Source of the DNA: an uncultured delta proteobacterium
GTDB lineage: Bacteria; Myxococcota_A; Polyangia; Polyangiales; Houyiibacteriaceae
DNA length: 64,000 nt
Direction of reading: 5' to 3'
Assembly (NCBI GenBank): GCA_963746475.1
Contig: CAVVBB010000001.1
Coordinates: 692,154 to 756,153 of the forward strand
Shown here: positions 10,201 through 18,410 of the stretch, in pieces
How the letters are laid out: each line of letters starts with the position of its first letter
Numbering within the stretch: position 1 is the stretch's first letter
Notes under the pieces: generated by a model
The model's input: only the letters and a program-made list of their open reading frames with translations
Databases searched by the model: none
Told to the model about the DNA's origin: nothing
Position numbers and translations under genes: made by a program

Positions 10201-13200
10201 CATAGGTTTGCTCGAAACAGAGCTCGCCGCGCAGGGCGAGCGCACAAGTTCGTGGCCTCGAGAGGAGCTCCGTGAGGAGCGCTGCGGGCTCGGGCGGCGA
10301 AGCGACCCGCGACCTCGACAGCAAACCACGACGGGGCGCTTTGACCGGGACGGGCATGTCGATGCTGCGTATCTGCAGTCCCTCATACTCTTTTGGAAGG
10401 ACGCGCAGCGGGCCGAGGAGGGTTGCCTTGTTGGGGCAGGCGAGCTTCTCATCGCCCGCGGCCTGCATGCCGGAGCTGACCACATCCATGGCGACGCCCT
10501 CGAGCATCCCCGCCTTCGACAGCTCGGCAACGAGGTAGAGGACGCTGTAAAAGCCCCTCTCCAAGTGAAACTGGAACAAGTTGCCGTTTTGAAGGTCGTC
10601 GGGCTCGTCCGAGTAAAGCCAGGCGTGCACGACGCGATCAGGCCGCAGCTCGGCCTTGGCCAGAGCTGCCACGAGCCGCTCGTAGCCATCGGCGCCGCGC
10701 TCCGGATCGAGCATGAAGCTGTGCACAGTGACTGGCGCAAACGCGTTGCCCGGTCGAACTGTGACGACTCGCTTGCCCCGAGCCTTCAGGCGGTCGACCA
10801 AGGCATCCGTGCAACCGAGCGAGTCCGCGAACACGAGCCAGCATTCGGACTGCTCGTCGGCAAGCTCGGGCCGCTCTCTGAGCTTCCAGGCGTCCTCGTA
10901 GAATCGCTCCGCGGGATTTTCGATCCTGTGCAGTCCCTCGGAGCTGCCATGGCCCGTGACCTGGCCCGGCTCGATGAAGTAGCGCTGACGCTGAAACGCG
11001 TAGGTCGGGAGCGGAAGCCGACGCCGCCTTCCGGGGGCTCGGAACTGTGACCAGTCGATCTCGAAGCCCGCGCACCAGAGCTGACCCGCCACCCGTAGCA
11101 GGTAGGCCCTGTCGTCGATCTTCTCCTTCGGGTGCCGCAAAGAGCCAGTCACGAGCGCAGCGTTGGCAGCCTTGCAACTCTGCTTGGCGAGCGAGCTGAG
11201 TGTCGTCCCGGGGCCGACCTCGAGCAGCAGTCTGCCCGGCTCCTCGAGCAGCCTATCCATGCACTGCGAAAAGCACACGGTGCTCCGAAGGTGCTGAACC
11301 CAGTACTCCGGGTCCGTCGCCTCCTCCGCCGTGAGCCAGTCACCGCTGCGGTTCGAAAGCACGGGGATCTCTGGTGGGCGCAGAGTCAGCCCTGATAGCT
11401 GGGCGCGGAACTCCTCGAGGATCCCGTCGAGCATGTTGGAATGTGCCGCCACGTCGATGCGGATGCGGCTGAAGTCCACATCGTCGGCCTGCAGTCGCTC
11501 GACGAGGGCGGCGATCGCAGCCTCGGGACCCGACACCGTGAAGAGCTCCGGCCCGTTCTTGCAGGCCAGACTCAGGGAATCGGCCAGGTACGGTCGAAGC
11601 TGCTCTTCCGGGAGCGCCACGCTGAGCATCCCGCCCCGTTCTGTCTTCTCGAACAAGCGGCCGCGAAGAGACACGAGCCCCAAGCAGTCCTCGTAGCTCA
11701 TGACACCGGCCACGCAGGCCGCCGTGTTCTCGCCCATGCTGTGCCCGAGTAAGGCCCTGGGCTCGACCCCCCGTCGACGCCAGAGCGCGGCGAGCGCGTA
11801 CTCGAGGATGAAGATGGCCGGGAGCTGCAGCGAGGGTCGAAGGAGCTCGGTAGCGGCAGCCTCTTTGCGTGACTCGTCCGCGAACAAGAGGGGCGCGAGC
11901 TCGAGCCCCTGCTCCTCGCGGAGCCAGCTCAGGCCCCGGTCGACGTCCTTGCGGAACTCCGCGTCCGCTTCGTAGAGGTCACGCGCCATGCCGACATACT
12001 GCGCGCCGCCCCCGGGAAACAAGAAGGCCACGGACGGGCGCTGAGCGCTCGCTTTGCCCTCGGTCCAGCGCAAAGAGTCCCGGCTCGACAGAAGCTCGAC
12101 GGCATCCGCCTGGTTCGAGACCACGGCTACCGCACGGTGCCCAAAAGCCCTGCGTCCGACGTCCAAGGTGTAGGCAACGTCGGCGACTTCGAGCGCGGGC
12201 TCCTCGGTCAGGTGCGCGGCCAGTCGGCTCGCGTTGCCTGCCAGGGCTTCTGCGTTTCGTCCGGAAAGCAGCAGCGCGTGAAAGGCCTCCTCGCTCGGCG
12301 CCGAAGTCGGGACCTCGGGAGCCTCCTCCAGCACGACGTGCGCGTTCGTACCCCCGACGCCGAGAGAGTTCACGCTCGCGCGCAGCGGCTCTTCGGAAGT
12401 CCAGTCACGCAGTCGGTCGTTGATGAAGAACGGCGACTGATCGATGTCGAGCGCCGGGTTCGGCGCCTCGAGGTGCAGAGTGGGTGGCAGCTGCCGGTGC
12501 TGAAGAGCCTTGCAAACCTTGATGAAGCTCGCCACGCCCGCCGCAGTGTCGAGGTGTCCGATGTTCGTCTTCACCGAACCAATGCCGCAGTAACCTAGCC
12601 GATCCGTCGAAGTCGAGAAGGCCTGTGTCAGAGCCGCGAGCTCGATGGGATCGCCCGTGGCTGTGCCGGTGCCGTGGGCTTCTACGTAGCTGATGGCGTC
12701 CGCATCGATGCCCGCCACCTCGAGCGCCTCGGCCACCGCCGCCGCCTGCCCGTCGACACTGGGAGCCAAGTAGCCCACCTTGCCGGAGCCGTCGTTGTTC
12801 ACCGCAGAGCCGCGGAGCACGGCAATGACGTGATCGCCGTCGTCCAGGGCATCCTGAAGGCGGCGGAGCACGACCATGCCCGCACCACTGCCGAACACGG
12901 TGCCCTGGGCGTGCTGGTCGAAGGCGCGACAGCGACCGTCCGGGGACAGAATCTCGCCCTCGGCGTAGAGATAGCCCTGTCGGTGCGGCAGCTCGAGAGT
13001 CACGCCGCCTGCCAAGGCCATGTCGCACTCGAGCGCCAGCAAGCTCGAGGCCGCCTCGTGAATCGCGACGAGCGACGTCGAGCAAGCCGTCTGGATGTTG
13101 AGGCTCGGCCCCTTCAGGTCGAGACAGTACGAAATCCGGGTCGCGAGAAAGTCTTTGTCGTTGCCGGTGTGGCGAAGCAGAAAGTGTCCGACGGAATCGA

Positions 13201-13630
13201 CGAGTTCCGGATTGCTCAGAAGGTTCTGGATGAAATAGGAGTTCATCCCGCAACCGGCGTACACCCCGATCGAGCCATCGAAAGAATCGGGGGGATGCCC
13301 TGCGCTCTCGAGCGCCTCCCAGGCGCACTCGAGCAAGGTCCTGTGCTGCGGGTCCATGATCGCGGCGTCCTGCGGACCGAAGCCGAAGAACTCTGCGTCA
13401 AAATAGTCCATCTTGTCGATGGGGGCGCCGCGCTTCACGTAGTTGGGGCGCTCGAGATCGGCCCTTCGAACGCCGGCGGCGAGCAGCTCCGCGTCGGTGT
13501 AGGTTCGGATCGACTCGACACCGTCCCGCAGATTCTCCCAGTACTGCTTGGGCGTATCGGCCCCGGGGAAGCGGCAGGCCATGCCCACCACCGCAATCAA
13601 GTCACCAGTCTCTTCGTGCATGCTCGACAT
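7232..13630 (-). CDS. type I polyketide synthase, KS-AT-KR-DH-carrier-TE
   Basis: KS motifs are DTACSTSLVAIH, EAHGTGT and KTNIGHL. The AT has GHSMGE. The KR has TGGLGGIG and YVAANAY. The DH has HRRADGRALVP and HPALLD. The carrier has FFDLGGHSL. The TE has GFSGG and GDH. ATG at 13630 lies 6 nt after the NRPS stop. Confidence 0.95.
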   Translation of the reverse strand: MSSMHEETGDLIAVVGMACRFPGADTPKQYWENLRDGVESIRTYTDAELLAAGVRRADLERPNYVKRGAPIDKMDYFDAEFFGFGPQDAAIMDPQHRTLLECAWEALESAGHPPDSFDGSIGVYAGCGMNSYFIQNLLSNPELVDSVGHFLLRHTGNDKDFLATRISYCLDLKGPSLNIQTACSTSLVAIHEAASSLLALECDMALAGGVTLELPHRQGYLYAEGEILSPDGRCRAFDQHAQGTVFGSGAGMVVLRRLQDALDDGDHVIAVLRGSAVNNDGSGKVGYLAPSVDGQAAAVAEALEVAGIDADAISYVEAHGTGTATGDPIELAALTQAFSTSTDRLGYCGIGSVKTNIGHLDTAAGVASFIKVCKALQHRQLPPTLHLEAPNPALDIDQSPFFINDRLRDWTSEEPLRASVNSLGVGGTNAHVVLEEAPEVPTSAPSEEAFHALLLSGRNAEALAGNASRLAAHLTEEPALEVADVAYTLDVGRRAFGHRAVAVVSNQADAVELLSSRDSLRWTEGKASAQRPSVAFLFPGGGAQYVGMARDLYEADAEFRKDVDRGLSWLREEQGLELAPLLFADESRKEAAATELLRPSLQLPAIFILEYALAALWRRRGVEPRALLGHSMGENTAACVAGVMSYEDCLGLVSLRGRLFEKTERGGMLSVALPEEQLRPYLADSLSLACKNGPELFTVSGPEAAIAALVERLQADDVDFSRIRIDVAAHSNMLDGILEEFRAQLSGLTLRPPEIPVLSNRSGDWLTAEEATDPEYWVQHLRSTVCFSQCMDRLLEEPGRLLLEVGPGTTLSSLAKQSCKAANAALVTGSLRHPKEKIDDRAYLLRVAGQLWCAGFEIDWSQFRAPGRRRRLPLPTYAFQRQRYFIEPGQVTGHGSSEGLHRIENPAERFYEDAWKLRERPELADEQSECWLVFADSLGCTDALVDRLKARGKRVVTVRPGNAFAPVTVHSFMLDPERGADGYERLVAALAKAELRPDRVVHAWLYSDEPDDLQNGNLFQFHLERGFYSVLYLVAELSKAGMLEGVAMDVVSSGMQAAGDEKLACPNKATLLGPLRVLPKEYEGLQIRSIDMPVPVKAPRRGLLSRSRVASPPEPAALLTELLSRPRTCALALRGELCFEQTYGSAPLIDGDGASIKEGGVYLITGGLGGIGFALARRMASRGCRLALVGRTSLPKRSQRETWLRLHGPNDSVSLMIRRVQELEELGAEVLLTPADVSDLEAMRTVLQTIEGAFGRVDGVVHAAGLLRDGLAETKTVDEIGAVLAPKVHGTRVLDTLFADRRLDFFVTCSSTSTAIGPAGQVDYVAANAYLNAHAKLRRAEGRPFTALNWGVWAEVGMAASAAAEMRGAKRSKVFPGPTTKFPLFTACEETEDGQTRFLGTLSPRRHWLLDGHRRADGRALVPGTGFVQLVTAAMEELVPDTPIRIQNLSFLSPLDLDDDEERMFRVVLQQDGSGAYSVEVQSTSELDGASRDWELHAEGEVKLLRRSRETKYLPLRSIEDRCRVSRLGDGVRALPSDQERHIRFGPRWAVLRRVAYGEGEALAELSLSDEFAGEVSDFSMHPALLDLATGCAMRLIEGYEGSELWVPMTYRSIKVSRSLPPRVLSWVRNAGDNEVCGETATFDISITTTDGELVASIEGFSLRRLTPGMQLGRAVSATPAATKGSRASVPSALLTPAQRAFQNMLSLGITPEEGAQAFETVISSRKVSATPIYTSIDLPSLARQTEASVRSSEASLALERPELKSPYLAPRDRWEEAIAQMWSSLLGVDGVGVQDSFFDLGGHSLIAVRLFNLVRREFGVELAISVLFEAPTVESLAALLREELGAADERSGKPKAEVRKKAKSTVVPIRTSGSLPPIFCAAGMGGNPMNLRHLAYYLGDEQPFYGLQHRGTDGREAPHESVEEMAAEYLRDMREVQPRGPYYIGGFSGGGTAAYELAQQLTQQGEEVGLLFMLDSLCPVMPERNRRERLRMHTLRLREGGASYALGKVVDGAGDVIDSAKDAIVRPLAKAFPYQFRNDNMRVAWLQAESRYAPKPYKGGPAHLFRVSHEEREMGTRLRFDDALGWGELIPDLAVTVVLGDHETMCSEPYARHLATELIRALDVAQREAAE

Positions 13631-13636
13631 GATTCC

Positions 13637-16600
13637 TCAGGCTGACTTCTTCTTGCGGCGACCCAGCGCGTGACGGCGGCGCGCGCCTCGACTCACCGCC
13701 TTCTCCATCACCTCGCCGGCGTCGTCGCCGGACAAGGCCTCGGCCAGGGAGCCGATGGTCGGAAAGCGATAGAGGTCGGTCAGCTTCACCGGCTGCTCGA
13801 GCTGCTCCCGCAGAGCCCGATGCGCCTGCACCATCAGGAGGGAGTGACCGCCGAGGTCGAAAAAGTTTTCGTCGCGCCCAATGCCCGTGAGCTGCAGGGT
13901 CCGCTCCCAGATCGCGGCAATCGTCCGCTCGAGCTCGTTTGACGGTGCCACCGTGGCGGCTGCCGCTCGGCGGTCCTTGCGCAGGCCTTCCGGCGACGGC
14001 AGCGCCTTGCGGTCGATCTTTCCGTTCGGAGTGAGTGGGAAGGCCGGTAAACTCGCGAACACCGAAGGTAGCATGAACTCGGGGAGCTCTTTGCGAAGCG
14101 CGGCGCGAAGCGCGTCCTCGTCGATGCTGCTGTCTTCGGGGACCAGGTACGCGACCAGACGCGGATCTCCGCCCGGGTCGGGCTGGGCGACGACGACGCA
14201 CTCTCGAACCGTCGGGTGCTGGGACAGCTTGGCCTCGATTTCACCGAGCTCGATGCGATAGCCGCGAATCTTGACCTGAAAGTCCATCCGCCCGAGGAAA
14301 TCCACGCTGCCGTCCGACGCAAAGCGGGCGAGGTCTCCGGTTCGGTAGAAGCGCGAACGTTCTTCACCGGCGCTCGGCAAAGAGACGAAGCGCTCGGCGG
14401 TGAGCTCGGGCCGCTGGTGGTACCCGCGGACGACCCCCTCTCCGCCGATCAGCAGCTCACCGGGCAGGCCGGGAGGAACAGGTTCGAGGAAGCGGTCCAC
14501 GATGCAGAGCTGCGTGTTCGAAATGGGCCTGCCCACGGAGATGCTCTGTGGCTTTCCCGAGACCCGCTGAGTCGAGGACCAAATCGTGGTCTCGGTCGGC
14601 CCGTACATGTTCGTCACGGTGCCGCCTACGATGTCGTCGAGGGCATGGGCCAAGGCGACGGGAAAGGCTTCGCCGCCGATCATGATGTGATCGATTCGTC
14701 CGAGCGCCGCACGCATGTCGTCGTGCAGCGTCATCATCTTGGCCATCGACGGCGTGCACTGAAAGTGGCTGACGCCGTGCTTCGCGATGAGAGCCGCGAG
14801 ACCGAAGTCCTCCTGCTGCGGCTGCTCAGAACCGTGCGTTCGATTCGCCTCTTGCATGACCTGGGCCAGGCCCGGAAGCCCGCGCCGCACGTCCTCGACG
14901 GACATGCCGAAGTCGACCAGACAGGCAATCTCGTCGACGCCGGCGGCGCGTACCCGGTCCACCATCTGCACGCAGTTCTGCGGAGTCCCAAAGAGTCCGC
15001 TGGTCTCGTAGTAGCGCTCGAAGGCGTGATCCAAGAGCGCGTCCATTTCCTCTTCGCTCAGGTGGTCGAGGCTGATGTCGTCGCGCTCGTCCGTCCCTTT
15101 AGGGCGCTTGAAGGCTGGGAAGGACCAGGCGAACCCCTTGATGAGCGAAATGGAGCTCGAAAGGTAGTCCTTCATCGGCTGCCGCACCCGCTCGCGCACC
15201 TCCTCGTCGCTCTCGCCGACGCAGGAGTGGAGCATCAACGTGACCTTGCCCGTGGCCGGATCGAAGCCCGCCTTCCGCCGAGCTTCCCTGTACGCACGAA
15301 TCTTTTCGGCCATCTCCTCGAGGCTCTGTCCGAGCAGATGGGTCAGCAGATTGGCACCCGCCCTACCCGCCATCTCGTAGGTCTCGACGTTGCCCGCACT
15401 GGTCACCCAGACGGGGAGCTCCGGCTGAACTGGACGCGGCAGCACGCTGGTCTCGACCATGTCGCCGAAGGGGTTCTCGAAGGAGACCGATTCACCACGC
15501 CAGAGCTTGCGCACGGTCTCGATGGCCTCAAACATCTGGCGCTTGGCATCCTTGAAGCCTTGCGGACGGATGACGAAGTCGTTGGGCTGCCAGCCCGAGG
15601 CGAAAGCGAGACCGACACGCCCTCGCGAGAGGTTGTCGACCACGGACCACTCTTCGGCCACGCGAATGGGCGGGTGCAGCGGAAGCACGCAGCTGCCGGC
15701 GCGGATCTCCACCTGCTTGGTCACGGCCGCGAGGGCGGCCCCTGTGACGGAGGGGTTCGGAAACGGCCCGCCAAAGGCGTGGAAGTGCCGCTCCGGCGTC
15801 GAGACGAACTTGAAGCCGCGCTCGTCGGCGAACTTGGCGCTCTCGAGCATGAGGTCGTACTTGCCCTGCGCCGAGGAGTCGTCGTTGCCCCAGAGGAAGA
15901 TACCGAAGTCCATCGGCTTTGCAGGGCCGGCCGCCCGCGTGAAGCCCTGCGTGTCGTCCTGTTTCCGGTCGACATAGAGGACGACCTTGAAACCGCGGCA
16001 CAGCGTCCAGTGCAGCTCCAGCACGGAAATGTCGAAGGACAGACTCGTCACCGCGAGCCAGGTACCGGGTGGGTCGTGCGCAATGCACTCGTCCATCCCC
16101 GCAAAGAAGTTCACGACGTTGCGGTGTTCGACCATCACGCCCTTGGGTTTCCCCGTGGAGCCCGAGGTGTAGATGACGTACGCGAGATTGCGGGGGGCGG
16201 GTCCATCGCTGGGCGGCTCGCTCGGAAACTCTGCGATACGGGGCCACTCGGAATCCACGGCGACGGTGCGCGCTGCGGACTCGGGGATTTGGGGCGCGAG
16301 GGCCTTCTGAGTGAGAACGATGGGGACCTGGCTGTCCTCGATCATGAAAGCGATGCGATCGCGCGGATAGCTGGGGTCGAGCGGCACATACGCGCCGCCG
16401 GCCTTCATCACGCCCAGCACGGAGACGATCATGTCGAGCGAGCGCTCGACGAAGATGCCGACCATGACGTCGGGGCCGACGCCCTCGTTCTTCAAATAGT
16501 GTGCGAGCTGGTTCGCGCGCTGGCTGAGCTCCAGATAAGTGTAGCTCTGTCCTTCGCAAACCAGCGCATCGGCCTCGGGCGACTTGGCGACCTGGGCGTC

Positions 16601-18373
16601 GAACTGCTGGCAGATCGTGCTCTGCGCGGGCAGCTCCTTGCCGGTGGCGTTCCACTCGCGCGCGATGCGAATTCGCTCTTCCTCGGTCAGCAGCGAGACC
16701 CGCCGAAAGGCTTCCCCGGGCGCACGCGCGATCGCTTCGAACCAGCTTGCGAGCTGTGCCAACATCCTGTCTGCATCCGGAGCGGCTAGTGCCCGCTCGT
16801 CGTACTCGACGAGCAGCTCGCTCCCATTTGCGTCGGTCACGAAGGACAATAGCGTGCCGGCTGGAGCTGCGAAGTCCTCACGCTCGTCCACGCGAGCCAG
16901 CAGCACGGGCGAAAGCCCCTGCTCGAGGAGCGCGCTGGACGAGCGCAAAGCGCGGTAGCGCTGGACCATGTCCTTCAGAAAAGGACCGCGCTTCCGGTAG
17001 CGGCTCAAACTCGTCAAGAGAGACGCGCTGGCGTCCCGGGCACTTTGCTCCGCATCCTCGCCGAGGGCGATCCGCCAGGGAACCTCCCTGCTGAACAGTT
17101 CTTGGGCCCCGTCGGCCTCGGACAGAAGTTCCGCGTCCACGAGGCTGAGGTCGAACTGCGCTTGCGGGCTGATGCGCGCCAGGTACAGCGCGACCGCAGC
17201 CAGAACGGCGTCGGCCCGGCGCGTGGCGTCACCGCCGGCAAGGGTGTCCATGTTCGGCAACGACAGCGTTCGGCGGCCGCGCCTGGGCGAGCCCTCGGCG
17301 ATGCGTTCCGGCCGTAAGTAAGGAAGCTCCACGCCGTCGAGGCGCGTCAGCTCTCGCAGCCAGCGCGGCTCGGCGCGGGCGATTCGCTCGGCGCGGGCGG
17401 CGTCGAAACTCTGGTCGACGCCGGTCAGCACTTCGCCCACGGCTACCCCTAGGTAGAGCAGCGCTTCCTGCGGACTGAGTGACCTCCCCGAGAGCGAGCG
17501 AAGTCCGCTCAGCAGCAGCGCGCCAGAGCGCATCGCGACCCGAATACCATTGTCATCGAACGCCAGGCAGGTGCCGGCCGATGCGCCCTCGGCGGCGTCG
17601 ACGAGCTCGGCCCGAGCGACGGTGACGGCACGACCCCGATGGGCAAGCTTGGCCGCCCCGAACGGGTTGTCGTAGTGCCCAAAGTCGAGCGCGCGAACGA
17701 GCCGTTCGCCCTGCTCGGCGGAGTGCTTGAAGTCGAGCGCGCACAAACTGTCGGGACGTTGGTAGCGAGCAAAGTAGCTGCGCCGACTCAGGTCCTGCGG
17801 GCTCCGCGACTGCCGGCCCGAATCGAGCTGCTCGGTGAGCTCGGCGAAGGCCTCGATGGCGGCGGCGAAGTTCTTCGTGTTAAGGGTGACGGAGGTCTCT
17901 GCGGGATCGAGTGCGAAGTCATGCCGCAGCAAGACGTCGCCCTCGTCGATACCGCCAGCCATGTCGTGGAAACTGATTCCGTATTGGCTGAGACCGTTGA
18001 TCAGGGCCCAGACCGGAGTGTACATCCCGGCGTAGTCGGGCAGAGGGCCATCGTGGAAGTTGATGGCCTGCCGACTTGCGCTCGCGAGCATTCTCTCGGG
18101 CACGATCGAGAGATTGGCGATACTGAAGAGATACTCGGGCGCCAGCTCGGGGACTCCCTCCGCCGCCTCATCCCCTGGCGCGAGCACACTCAGTTGCTCG
18201 GCTCTCGCCCAAGCCACGACGGCCTCGGCCGCGCTGACCACCGCGAGCACGTGGTGCCCCCGCTCCCGCCAAATCTGAGCGCACTGCACCAGCAGCGACT
18301 CCTGACCGACGAAAACGGCGCCAAGCGATGGACCGACGGGAGCGCCACCGGTTGAGTTGGGCCTTTCCACCAT
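13637..18373 (-). CDS. NRPS: formyltransferase-like domain - partial condensation domain - Gly-type A domain interrupted by a luciferase-like monooxygenase - PCP
   Basis: The Fmt-like motif is INFHDGPLPDYAG...GIDEGD. A-domain motifs are LAYVIYTSGSTGKPKG, SFDISVLE, NMYGPTETT, YRTGDLA, QVKIRGYRIELGEIE and NGKIDRK. The LLM insert begins MDFGIFLWGNDD. The PCP motif is FFDLGGHSL. Confidence 0.95.
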   Translation of the reverse strand: MVERPNSTGGAPVGPSLGAVFVGQESLLVQCAQIWRERGHHVLAVVSAAEAVVAWARAEQLSVLAPGDEAAEGVPELAPEYLFSIANLSIVPERMLASASRQAINFHDGPLPDYAGMYTPVWALINGLSQYGISFHDMAGGIDEGDVLLRHDFALDPAETSVTLNTKNFAAAIEAFAELTEQLDSGRQSRSPQDLSRRSYFARYQRPDSLCALDFKHSAEQGERLVRALDFGHYDNPFGAAKLAHRGRAVTVARAELVDAAEGASAGTCLAFDDNGIRVAMRSGALLLSGLRSLSGRSLSPQEALLYLGVAVGEVLTGVDQSFDAARAERIARAEPRWLRELTRLDGVELPYLRPERIAEGSPRRGRRTLSLPNMDTLAGGDATRRADAVLAAVALYLARISPQAQFDLSLVDAELLSEADGAQELFSREVPWRIALGEDAEQSARDASASLLTSLSRYRKRGPFLKDMVQRYRALRSSSALLEQGLSPVLLARVDEREDFAAPAGTLLSFVTDANGSELLVEYDERALAAPDADRMLAQLASWFEAIARAPGEAFRRVSLLTEEERIRIAREWNATGKELPAQSTICQQFDAQVAKSPEADALVCEGQSYTYLELSQRANQLAHYLKNEGVGPDVMVGIFVERSLDMIVSVLGVMKAGGAYVPLDPSYPRDRIAFMIEDSQVPIVLTQKALAPQIPESAARTVAVDSEWPRIAEFPSEPPSDGPAPRNLAYVIYTSGSTGKPKGVMVEHRNVVNFFAGMDECIAHDPPGTWLAVTSLSFDISVLELHWTLCRGFKVVLYVDRKQDDTQGFTRAAGPAKPMDFGIFLWGNDDSSAQGKYDLMLESAKFADERGFKFVSTPERHFHAFGGPFPNPSVTGAALAAVTKQVEIRAGSCVLPLHPPIRVAEEWSVVDNLSRGRVGLAFASGWQPNDFVIRPQGFKDAKRQMFEAIETVRKLWRGESVSFENPFGDMVETSVLPRPVQPELPVWVTSAGNVETYEMAGRAGANLLTHLLGQSLEEMAEKIRAYREARRKAGFDPATGKVTLMLHSCVGESDEEVRERVRQPMKDYLSSSISLIKGFAWSFPAFKRPKGTDERDDISLDHLSEEEMDALLDHAFERYYETSGLFGTPQNCVQMVDRVRAAGVDEIACLVDFGMSVEDVRRGLPGLAQVMQEANRTHGSEQPQQEDFGLAALIAKHGVSHFQCTPSMAKMMTLHDDMRAALGRIDHIMIGGEAFPVALAHALDDIVGGTVTNMYGPTETTIWSSTQRVSGKPQSISVGRPISNTQLCIVDRFLEPVPPGLPGELLIGGEGVVRGYHQRPELTAERFVSLPSAGEERSRFYRTGDLARFASDGSVDFLGRMDFQVKIRGYRIELGEIEAKLSQHPTVRECVVVAQPDPGGDPRLVAYLVPEDSSIDEDALRAALRKELPEFMLPSVFASLPAFPLTPNGKIDRKALPSPEGLRKDRRAAAATVAPSNELERTIAAIWERTLQLTGIGRDENFFDLGGHSLLMVQAHRALREQLEQPVKLTDLYRFPTIGSLAEALSGDDAGEVMEKAVSRGARRRHALGRRKKKSA
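14819..15916 (-). other. luciferase-like monooxygenase (MOx) domain inserted between A-domain motifs A4 and A5
   Basis: This covers aa ~820-1185 of the NRPS. It sits after SFDISVLE (A4) and before NMYGPTE (A5). The sequence is MDFGIFLWGNDDSSAQGKYDLMLESAKFADERGFKFVSTPERHFHAFGG... Confidence 0.8.
17504..18325 (-). other. methionyl-tRNA formyltransferase-like N+C domains at the NRPS N-terminus
   Basis: This covers aa ~17-290. N105-x-H107 lies in INFHDGPLP and D143 lies in GIDEGD, 36 residues after the His, which is the same spacing as E. coli Fmt N108/H110/D146. Confidence 0.75.
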
Positions 18374-18410
18374 AGATCCCCCGAAGAAGAGGAGAAATTT
18401 CTCTCTTACA

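Noticed and set aside
16649-17476. Possibility that NRPS residues 300-575 form a complete, functional condensation domain.
   Set aside because: The segment is only ~275 aa, against ~430-450 for a C domain. I find no HHxxxDG motif in this segment or elsewhere in the protein. Only the C-terminal lobe features are visible.
18168-18410. Continuation of the P450-frame ORF into the NRPS coding region.
   Set aside because: A normal P450 ends ~50 aa after the heme Cys. The extra 80 aa overlap the well-supported Fmt-like N-terminus of the NRPS on the same strand in another frame. I interpret this as read-through of a decayed gene.
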